Source of the DNA: Methanocaldococcus sp. 28A
GTDB lineage: Archaea; AGJL01; Methanococci; Methanococcales; Methanocaldococcaceae
Assembly: GCA_049852185.1 (NCBI GenBank)
Contig: CP187540.1
Strand: one strand, 5' to 3'
Length of the DNA: 64,000 nt
A program made the translations under genes and the position numbers. This document shows, in pieces, positions 54,575 to 62,599 of this stretch (the stretch's first letter is position 1; each line of letters starts with the position of its first letter). The notes under the pieces are model-generated. The model worked only from the letters and a program-made list of their open reading frames with translations, had not been told where the DNA came from and searched no databases.

Positions 54575-54967
54575 ATGAAATCTTTTATTTTTTATTTTTT
54601 TTATAATTGGCGTACAATATTAAATTTATGGATAGTATTTATTGTTGTTTTATTAGCTATTGTAACATTAAAACCTAAAATATCTATTAACATTAAAAAA
54701 TCTGGGGCGATATTGGTTATTTGTATAATTTATACATTACTAAATATATTTGCTTATTATGTTATAGGAAATATTAGTTTAAACATATTGTCTAATGTTT
54801 TTATATCTGTTGTATTATTTGGAATTGGAATAATATTGTATGTTAAGTACCAGTCTGAAAAATTAACAAATAATACTGTTAAATATGCAGCAATTGTGTT
54901 ATTGTTTTTGTCTTTAATAGATGTAATAGAATTATATATAAAAATTCTAATTAAATTAGTTTCTTAA
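54575..54967 (+). CDS. Small 4-TM membrane protein, candidate immunity protein 1
   Basis: Hydrophobic and basic, directly after precursor 1. Confidence 0.65.
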   Translation: MKSFIFYFFYNWRTILNLWIVFIVVLLAIVTLKPKISINIKKSGAILVICIIYTLLNIFAYYVIGNISLNILSNVFISVVLFGIGIILYVKYQSEKLTNNTVKYAAIVLLFLSLIDVIELYIKILIKLVS

Positions 54968-54975
54968 TTTAAATA

Positions 54976-56108
54976 TAGGACTTTTGCAAGCATATTTAAA
55001 TATTTATTATAATATTTCATGATAATCTATTTTTATCAGATATTATAATTTTTCGAAACAAAAGTTTATTTTGGGGAAAATATGCTAAAAATGTCGAGGA
55101 CTATCGTTTATATGCTTTTTATATTACTTTCAGAGATTAATTCGTGTGTAGAGTTATCGAAAACGTTGCGTATTTTCGGAATCGACATATCTCACGATAC
55201 AATAAATAGAATACTTTGGGAAGAAGGAATCTTCCCACAAGAAAAGCTTTTTAATTTCGTTAAAGATTTAATCACTCCTGATTATAATATTGTCGTTATA
55301 GATGACTTTGTTATAGATAAAATTTACTCTAAATCGACTGAATTTGCTTATTATTGTTGGAGTAATCTACATAAACGAGTAATTAAAGGCTTACATATCG
55401 TTGATTGCATAATTACAAATGGAAAACATATTATTCCAATCGATTTTAGAGTATATGACAGACCAAGAGATGGAAAGACGAAAAATAATTTATGTAGGGA
55501 GATAATAAAGTCTTTAGTGGATAAAGGATTAAATATTAGATATATCTGTTTCGATAGTTGGTATTCAAGTAAAGATAACTTAAAACTTATCGATAGTTTA
55601 GGTTTATTCTACCTCTGCAGAATTAAAAGGAATAGAAAGGTAAAACTCTCCAAAAACAGAGAGTGGGTATCAATCGAAGACATTAAGGAAATTCCTAAGA
55701 ATGGATTAATCGTTTATCTACGAAAAGTTGGCTATGTCAGACTCTTCTGCCTTTCCAAAAACGGAAAGGCAAAATATTATATAACTAATAACCTATTTAT
55801 GAGTTTCGAAGAATTCCAAGAGGTCAAAAACGCCTCTTGGAGAATCGAGGAATTCCATAGAGGTGTTAAACAGTGCTGTAATACAGGCAATTTCTTCGTT
55901 AGAAAAAAATTTCCAATTTTAGGTCATATCTCCCTTTCTATGAGAGCTTTTTACCTCTTAGAGAAAATTAGAATCGATAAAAATATTAGTTGGTATGAAC
56001 TTAGAAGAAAACTAAATCGAATAGCTGTTGGTAATGCCATAATCTCTTTGTGTGAAGAAATTGGTTTATCGTTAATCTAAGTATTTAAATGTGGATGCGA
56101 AAGTCCTA
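54976..56108 (+). mobile_element. IS701-family element, intact copy
   Basis: TIR TAGGACTTT(T/C)GCA, 8-bp TSD TTTAAATA. Confidence 0.94.
55082..56080 (+). CDS. IS701-family DDE transposase
   Basis: VIDD, FDSWYSS, WRIEEFHRGVKQ. Confidence 0.93.
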   Translation: MLKMSRTIVYMLFILLSEINSCVELSKTLRIFGIDISHDTINRILWEEGIFPQEKLFNFVKDLITPDYNIVVIDDFVIDKIYSKSTEFAYYCWSNLHKRVIKGLHIVDCIITNGKHIIPIDFRVYDRPRDGKTKNNLCREIIKSLVDKGLNIRYICFDSWYSSKDNLKLIDSLGLFYLCRIKRNRKVKLSKNREWVSIEDIKEIPKNGLIVYLRKVGYVRLFCLSKNGKAKYYITNNLFMSFEEFQEVKNASWRIEEFHRGVKQCCNTGNFFVRKKFPILGHISLSMRAFYLLEKIRIDKNISWYELRRKLNRIAVGNAIISLCEEIGLSLI

Positions 56109-56142
56109 TTTAAATATTTAATTCAAATCTGCCTGTGAAACC

Positions 56143-56255
56143 ATGAAAAAACTACCATCAATATTAACAATACTTAGATTAGAATATTAATCGTTATAGC
56201 AGCTTTCATATAGGTTTATATTACTCCATAAGTAGCAAATTATTTATTGGCATAA
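56143..56255 (+). pseudogene. SpoIIM scar 2 (internally deleted)
   Basis: MKKLPSILT start fused to IAAFI*VYITP*VANYLLA*. Confidence 0.78.
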
Positions 56256-56311
56256 GGTTCAAATAGATTATAAGGATAGGATAATAAAACCAAAATTAAG
56301 GTGGTTTAAGA

Positions 56312-56524
56312 ATGAAAACAATTAAATTTAGAGTTTATTATGATGGGAAGTATTGGGTTGCAGAAGGTATTGATGTAAGTATATTTACACAGGGAGAGAC
56401 GTTAGATAAATTAATGAAAAATATTAAGGAAGCGGTAGAATTACATTTTGAAGATGAGTTAAAGGCAGGAGAAGTTATAAAAATCCTCTCAGTCTCTGAA
56501 ATGGAGGTGCGAGAATTTGCATAA
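56312..56524 (+). CDS. hicB: HicB-like antitoxin
   Basis: IFTQGETLDKLMKNIKEAVELH. Confidence 0.88.
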   Translation: MKTIKFRVYYDGKYWVAEGIDVSIFTQGETLDKLMKNIKEAVELHFEDELKAGEVIKILSVSEMEVREFA

Positions 56525-56759
56525 ACTTCCAGTTGTTAGTGGTAGAGATTTAATAAAATTCCTTAAAAAGTTGGGATATGAGATTGTTAGACAGAGAGGT
56601 AGTCATGTAAGATTAAGAAAAGAAACTGAAAATGGTATTCATAATATAACTATCCCATATCATGATGAAATTGCTAAGGGAACTTTAAATGCTATTTTAA
56701 ATGATGTTTCTAAATGGAATAATATATCAAAAGAGGAATTGATAAAAAGACTAAAATAA
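56517..56759 (+). CDS. hicA: HicA mRNA interferase toxin
   Basis: LGYEIVRQRGSH, TIPYH, GTLNAIL. Confidence 0.92.
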   Translation: MHKLPVVSGRDLIKFLKKLGYEIVRQRGSHVRLRKETENGIHNITIPYHDEIAKGTLNAILNDVSKWNNISKEELIKRLK

Positions 56760-57001
56760 TTTACTTTTATAAAGTTTTAGTTATTTTAGAATTATTAAAA
56801 ATCTTAATTGGCTAATTATTTGTATATTTATGCTTTACTATTTAGTTTAAAATAGTAATATATATGTGTTTTTACAATTACAATTACGAAAAATGTGGAA
56901 AATGATATGATATTGAGAAGTATAAAAAAATTAAAAAATAGTTGGCGATGATGCCCTCTATGGGCGGAGCCAATATTAACACGCTATATTGAACCACCAT
57001 A
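56752..57001 (+). repeat. About 250-bp duplicated promoter/5' UTR block, copy 2
   Basis: Near-identical to 53975-54227; has BRE/TATA GAGAAGTATAAAA. Confidence 0.93.
56944..56971 (+). promoter_or_regulatory. Kink-turn hairpin in 5' UTR, copy 2
   Basis: Identical 28-mer to 54170-54197, about 23 nt downstream of the TATA box. Confidence 0.7.
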
Positions 57002-57013
57002 AGAGGTGACTAA

Positions 57014-57295
57014 ATGAATATATTTAAAAGGAACATACTTAAAGGTTTCGCTGCTGTGGCTATGCTTTGCATGGTGGGAGCTGTGTTTGCTACACCAGTG
57101 GCTTTGGGGGATGTTGGCGGTGCATTATATGGATATTGTGCAGCTGCAGATAATACAAACAATCACCCAATTGCTCACGCAGCAAAAGCAGGATTTGAGG
57201 TAGGAATGGGAACAGCCGCGCTTTATGCAGGACTAGTAGCTGCTGAAATAGCAACAGGAGGAACTTTTGTGGTATTTTTAGGACTTGCTATGTAA
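57014..57295 (+). CDS. Bacteriocin/archaeocin-like precursor 2 (intact)
   Basis: Signal-like leader (K/R n-region, h-region, AVFA), conserved PVALGD, Gly/Ala-rich 60-67 aa core, GGTGA RBS. Confidence 0.75.
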   Translation: MNIFKRNILKGFAAVAMLCMVGAVFATPVALGDVGGALYGYCAAADNTNNHPIAHAAKAGFEVGMGTAALYAGLVAAEIATGGTFVVFLGLAM

Positions 57296-57363
57296 ATCTT
57301 TACAATAATTTTATTAATTTATTTTTTGATTTGGTTTAAAAATATTAATTTGGTGTGATTGGT

Positions 57364-57663
57364 ATGAAAATTAATAACCGATGTGTATGTCACGTCCTAT
57401 TTCCTGAGTATTATTTATACACAATAGGGAAAAAACAAACAGGAAGAATTAGGGAAGCGCTATTTTCCATGTCATTTTTATGGATATTTGTTAAAATCTA
57501 TTTGATATTGGGGTTTATAGTTAGTATAGTGTATCAAGTAAATTTTTTTACATCTAGTGTGTTTTTAATGGTATTTGTGATGTTAATAATTACATTTAGT
57601 ATTATTGTAAAGATTAATATCCAAAAAAAAAAGAAGAGTGGCAGTAATACTATAATAATCTAA
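57364..57663 (+). CDS. Small 2-TM basic membrane protein, candidate immunity protein 2
   Basis: Hydrophobic helices, poly-Lys tail, directly after precursor 2. Confidence 0.6.
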   Translation: MKINNRCVCHVLFPEYYLYTIGKKQTGRIREALFSMSFLWIFVKIYLILGFIVSIVYQVNFFTSSVFLMVFVMLIITFSIIVKINIQKKKKSGSNTIII

Positions 57664-57698
57664 ATTTAACTATTGAATGAGGATAAAAATGTGGTGGC

Positions 57699-58256
57699 AT
57701 GAGAACTGGAAGTAAATTATCACTAGTATTAATATTAGTAATCTTTATGTTTTTAGTGGGCTTCATTTCAGGTATCTTCTTCATAAATGACTTCTCAAAA
57801 AACTATAAAGGGGAAGAAATAAATCAAAAACCAAACTTAAAATTTAATTTTCCTTTTATATTAACAAACAACTTAAAAGTTATCTTTCTAATGTTAGCAG
57901 GTTCTATAACCTTTGGTTTATCCACTTTTATAAACTTAATATTTAATGGTTTTAATGTTGGCGTTTTAATTGGTTCTACTTTTCAAACTAATGAACCTTT
58001 AAAACTTATTGCTGGTTTGATTCTTCCACATGGAATATTTGAAATTCCAGCAATGCTTATATCGGCAGTAGCAGGTTTTAAAATACCGTATGAAATAACT
58101 CTTTATCTCTTAGATAAGAAAGAAAAGCCAATAACAGAAGAAGATATAAAAGAATTCTTAAAATTAGCATTAATTTCAATAATTCTAATTATTATAGCCG
58201 CTTTCGTAGAGGTTTATATTACACCAAAAGTTGCAAATTTAATATTAAATATTTAA
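57699..58256 (+). CDS. SpoIIM/DUF95 membrane protein
   Basis: ILTNN, FNGFNVG, LPHGIFEIPA, AAFVEVYITP. Confidence 0.92.
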   Translation: MRTGSKLSLVLILVIFMFLVGFISGIFFINDFSKNYKGEEINQKPNLKFNFPFILTNNLKVIFLMLAGSITFGLSTFINLIFNGFNVGVLIGSTFQTNEPLKLIAGLILPHGIFEIPAMLISAVAGFKIPYEITLYLLDKKEKPITEEDIKEFLKLALISIILIIIAAFVEVYITPKVANLILNI

Positions 58257-58332
58257 GGCATAAGGAAACTGATAACCATTTATATATAACATTACATTAA
58301 AATTAGATATCAAAAAAATAAAAGGTGAAATA

Positions 58333-58986
58333 ATGGATATAAAAGAACTCATCTTAAATCCAAACAATTTCTTTAAAAATTTAGCAAATAGAGAAATCTC
58401 TCTTAAAGAGCCATTTATTATTATTTTAATTTTCTCTATATTAATAGCAATCTCTGCCTATATCTCAACTTCAATAATATACAAAATATTTCCACCACAA
58501 TATCAACAAATTATGGCATTCACAAAAATAATTGGCTTAGTATCAACATTTATTGGAGGATTTATTGCTTGGATAATAGTAGCAGGAATTATGCATCTAA
58601 TATCAATTGCTTTTAAGGGGGAGGGAAGTTTTAAAAAGACACTATCTTTTGTAGGTTATGGATTTATACCCAACATTATAGGGGCATTAATAACTATTCC
58701 TATTGCATATTATTATTTATCACAAATCCATATTCAGCCATTGACTATATCTCAATTACAAAACCCTATTGTTGTTAAAATGATTATGAAACAGATAATC
58801 CCAAGAACTTTAATATACACCAATGCATTAATAGGATTTGCTGTAACGATATGGAATTTGTATATATGGACTTATGCTATAAAATATGCAAGAAACTTAG
58901 ATTTAAAGAAAGCATTTATTGTAGCTCTAATCCCAACAGTTATATTTGGTTTATATCAACTATACAGTGTATTAAAGTTTTTATAA
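58333..58986 (+). CDS. Yip1 family membrane protein
   Basis: LILNPNNFF, GEGSFKKTLSFVGYGFIP, about five TM helices. Confidence 0.88.
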   Translation: MDIKELILNPNNFFKNLANREISLKEPFIIILIFSILIAISAYISTSIIYKIFPPQYQQIMAFTKIIGLVSTFIGGFIAWIIVAGIMHLISIAFKGEGSFKKTLSFVGYGFIPNIIGALITIPIAYYYLSQIHIQPLTISQLQNPIVVKMIMKQIIPRTLIYTNALIGFAVTIWNLYIWTYAIKYARNLDLKKAFIVALIPTVIFGLYQLYSVLKFL

Positions 58987-58999
58987 GTTGGGGGAAAAT

Positions 59000-60517
59000 A
59001 TGAAGGGGTTGAAAAATCTATTGGTTATTTTTTCACTTTTATTCCTTTTAACTCAAACCTCAGCTTATATAACATTTAAAAATATTGATTATAAAGCTCA
59101 ATACTTAGAGCCATCAAAAACCTATGATTTATATGTAACGTTTGAGTCAGATGAAGAGATTAATAACACCGTTGTTTATATAAAACCTTATAACCAAATG
59201 TCAGAAAATAATATCCAAATTATTAAAGGTAAGCAGTGGATAGGACATCTTTTTCCATCTGAAATAGGTGTTGCTCATTTTATAATAAAAGTTAGCCCAA
59301 ATGCACCAAATTATGATTATAGTATGGTAGTTTATTGCAACTATACTAAAAATGGAGAGCAATACTCTGAAAATAGAATTTTTACACTACCAGTAAGAGG
59401 AAAAGCCAACGTAATTGTAAAACCTGATAACTACATTCTACAAGTAGGAACTAATAAAGTTTTAATTTTATTAACAAATAAAGGAACAGGAATTGCTGAA
59501 AATATTAAAATAACATTCCAAAATTCAAACAATCTAATAATTTTAGGAGATAATACTTTCACAATAACTTCTTTAAATCCAAAAATTTCTACCTACATTC
59601 CACTAACAGTATTTGCTAAAAAAGAGGGAGTTTATTCAATAAATTATAAAATATCATACGAAAATCCTTATGATTTATTGGAATTAACTCAAAAATCAGA
59701 AACAATAAATGGGGATTCAAAAACAGAAACTTTAACCTATCAGAATAAAAATATAGTTGAGAATATAGGTATTTTAACATTCAATGTATTTCCAAATGAG
59801 TTGGTCTCAATAAATATGAATAATCCAATAATCACAGTTGGAAAGATTGAAAATCTGACAATTTCAATAAAAAATAATTATAAAGATTCTTTATTTATAG
59901 TCCAAATAAGTAAATACTTTATTGGAAATAACCAAAAAACCGTATTCATTAAAAAAGGAGAAACAAAAAATTTAACCTTTCAAATAAAAGTTGATAAAGA
60001 AGGAATTATCCAAATTCCTGTAGTTATATATTTCGATAACAATCAAATAGAGAAAAATTTAACAATAAATGTTATAGGAAAAGCTGATTTGGTTTTAAGT
60101 GGAATTGATGTAGAAAATTCATTTGATGACGTTAAAATAACTGGCGATATAGACAACATTGGGACTGGAAAGGCGAAGAGTGTTCTAATCTCAATAGAAA
60201 AAACAAACAATATAATTCCAAAAAAGCCATATGAAAACTATTTTGTTGGGACATTAAACCCAGATGACTATGGAAGTTTTGAATTACACTGCCAAATTAA
60301 TGGAACTGTGAATGAGATTCCAATTAAAATAACATATAGGGATGAAAATAACAACTTAATAACAATCCATAAGACAATAAAAATTAATAGGGAACTTATT
60401 TCCTTAAAAAATGAAAATAGTGGTGGAATTAATTATTTAGTAATTGGAATAGCAATTATATTTGTTATTGGAGTAGTTTATTTAATTTATAGAGGATTTG
60501 TAAAGAAAAATTATTAA
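59000..60517 (+). CDS. COG1361 (S-layer-domain/CARDB-like) secreted, C-terminally anchored ABC accessory protein
   Basis: Signal peptide, NKGTGIA and NIGTGKA repeats, GTLNPDDYGSFEL, C-terminal TM. Confidence 0.82.
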   Translation: MKGLKNLLVIFSLLFLLTQTSAYITFKNIDYKAQYLEPSKTYDLYVTFESDEEINNTVVYIKPYNQMSENNIQIIKGKQWIGHLFPSEIGVAHFIIKVSPNAPNYDYSMVVYCNYTKNGEQYSENRIFTLPVRGKANVIVKPDNYILQVGTNKVLILLTNKGTGIAENIKITFQNSNNLIILGDNTFTITSLNPKISTYIPLTVFAKKEGVYSINYKISYENPYDLLELTQKSETINGDSKTETLTYQNKNIVENIGILTFNVFPNELVSINMNNPIITVGKIENLTISIKNNYKDSLFIVQISKYFIGNNQKTVFIKKGETKNLTFQIKVDKEGIIQIPVVIYFDNNQIEKNLTINVIGKADLVLSGIDVENSFDDVKITGDIDNIGTGKAKSVLISIEKTNNIIPKKPYENYFVGTLNPDDYGSFELHCQINGTVNEIPIKITYRDENNNLITIHKTIKINRELISLKNENSGGINYLVIGIAIIFVIGVVYLIYRGFVKKNY

Positions 60518-60725
60518 AATATGTCTGAATGAAAGTGAGAATGTGATTTGATGGATAAAAAATTTACATAATATTATTTTTATCACTCATTAAATCTTAA
60601 CATGGTAATTTAACAGTGAAATAATAAATGGAAAAAAGATATGGAAAGAAATCAGGAGTTAGCAGACATTATGAAAGGAATTTTAATAGAAAGAGGTGAA
60701 TTAAGATAATAATGGGGTGAATAAA

Positions 60726-60991
60726 ATGAAGAATGTAGATATAGATAATCTACAAGCATTTGTTTATTAAATATGCGAAGCTATTAAAGAAAGAGTTTTA
60801 GAAGCTAAAAAAGAAAAAGACGAAGCTGAAAAACATAAGGATAATGATAAGGAAGAGTATATGTACGCGGTTGGTAGATTATTGGGTCTAACGAAGTGAT
60901 ATCAATAATTAAGCAAACGGCAGAACCTCTTGGAATAGATTTGAAAGAGTTAAAACTTGATGATATAGATCCAGACAAGGATTTGATATAA
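60726..60991 (+). pseudogene. Small acidic protein pseudogene (immunity-like)
   Basis: GGGGTGA RBS; MKNVD...Y*ICEAIKERVLEAKKE...(frameshift)EVISIIKQTAEPLGIDLKELKLDDIDPDKDLI*. Confidence 0.65.
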
Positions 60992-61087
60992 TATATTGAA
61001 ATATTCGTATTTTCTACTTAAGGTCTAATCTCCTCTATTATTTATTTCATCGTCCTTTAAATCTTAATAAATATTTATGGTGAACTA

Positions 61088-61472
61088 CTGAATGATTTAA
61101 TATTAAATCTAGATAAATTTTTCAAAGAGATTGTAACTAAACCAATGAATTTAAAACTTCCTTTAATAATAGTCCTATTATGGTCTTTAGTTAGTTCAGC
61201 TGTTATTTTATAGTTGTGTGCAAAATAAAATAAACTTTTATAATGACAATTACTAATTCCTTACTTTAATTAAGATGCTTTTGCACACAACTATAATTCC
61301 AATGGTATATTTTGAAGGTGTTGAAGATGTCATGTTGTTAATTTTAAAATTTATTATTTTGTTTATAGCTACATTTTTATCTAATACACTAATTTTATTA
61401 ATTATTGCAGGAGTTTCTCATATAATTTTAATAAAATTTTTATTGAATCTTCTAAGTAATGTGGCAAGTTAA
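61088..61472 (+). pseudogene. Second Yip1 paralogue, MITE-disrupted and truncated
   Basis: LNDLILNLDKFFKEIVTKPMNLKLP aligns with the 58333 Yip1 N-terminus; frame restored on MITE removal. Confidence 0.8.
61211..61293. mobile_element. MITE family A copy
   Basis: Perfect TIR, TA duplication. Confidence 0.92.
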
Positions 61473-61502
61473 ATTTTTGTAAGATACTATTAGAGGGAAA
61501 GA

Positions 61503-62207
61503 ATGATTAAACTAAAAAATGTAACAAAAATATACAAAATGGGAGATGAGACAATATATGCCCTAAAAAATGTAAATCTAAGAATAAAAAAAGGAGAATT
61601 TGTTTCAATTATGGGGCCTTCTGGAAGTGGAAAATCTACACTTTTAAATATTATTGGTTGTTTGGACAAACCAACAGAAGGAGAAGTTTATATTGATAAT
61701 ATAATGACAAATGACTTAGATGACAATGAATTAACAAAAATTAGGAGAGATAAAATTGGTTTTGTTTTTCAGCAATTTAATTTAATTCCTTTATTAACAG
61801 CTTTAGAAAATGTTGAACTTCCACTAATTTTTAAGTATAGAAATGCTATGAGTGAAGAAGATAGAAAGAAAAGAGCTTTAGAATGTTTAAAAATGGCTGA
61901 GTTAGAGGAGAGATTTGCCAATCACAAACCAAATCAGTTAAGTGGAGGACAACAGCAAAGAGTAGCTATAGCGAGGGCTTTAGCTAATAATCCACCGATT
62001 ATATTGGCAGATGAGCCTACAGGAGCTTTAGATAGTAAGACAGGAGAAAAGATAATGATATTGTTAAAAAAACTAAATGAAAATGGAAAAACCATTGTTG
62101 TTGTAACACATGATATAAACGTTGCAAAATTTGGAGACAGGATAATTTATTTAAAAGATGGAATGATTGAAAAAGAAGAAATATTAAGGGGAGATTATGA
62201 TAAATAA
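61503..62207 (+). CDS. ABC exporter ATPase (LolD/MacB type, MJ0796-like)
   Basis: GPSGSGKST, FVFQQFNL, LSGGQQQR, ILADEPTGALD, VTH. Confidence 0.96.
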   Translation: MIKLKNVTKIYKMGDETIYALKNVNLRIKKGEFVSIMGPSGSGKSTLLNIIGCLDKPTEGEVYIDNIMTNDLDDNELTKIRRDKIGFVFQQFNLIPLLTALENVELPLIFKYRNAMSEEDRKKRALECLKMAELEERFANHKPNQLSGGQQQRVAIARALANNPPIILADEPTGALDSKTGEKIMILLKKLNENGKTIVVVTHDINVAKFGDRIIYLKDGMIEKEEILRGDYDK

Positions 62208-62595
62208 AAATTCAAATTATGACGAAACTAAGTCAGTTATCATAGGGATTTTTATTTTTATTTTAATGCTAATTGTTGTTAAATATCTTATTGAACTCTT
62301 TGTAATTAACTACCTACCAGAATCATCTATAAATTGGGATAATGTAATTTATTCATTTGTATCTCCAATAGGAGTATTTCTTTCTTTTTCATTATCAACA
62401 TACTTTTTTTCGAAAGGTAAAGTTAAAGAGTTTGCAAAATTCACAGTAAAATTTTTTGGGGTATCCTTAATTATAGGGATTATCTTCTTATATCTTTGGA
62501 TATTTTTTAAAAGAGAGATTCCATCAATGGGTGGATATACAATATTAGTTTTAATTTCATACTTAATAACCACCTTTGAAAAGTTAGATAAGTGA
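62197..62595 (+). CDS. Small 4-TM membrane protein
   Basis: Hydrophobic ORF translationally coupled between the ATPase and the permease. Confidence 0.75.
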   Translation: MINKNSNYDETKSVIIGIFIFILMLIVVKYLIELFVINYLPESSINWDNVIYSFVSPIGVFLSFSLSTYFFSKGKVKEFAKFTVKFFGVSLIIGIIFLYLWIFFKREIPSMGGYTILVLISYLITTFEKLDK

Positions 62596-62599
62596 GATT

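Noticed and set aside
54241-57295. Precursors as type IV pilins or archaellins
   Set aside because: No class III signal (K/R-G followed by a hydrophobic stretch with E5) and no pilus ATPase or prepilin peptidase nearby.
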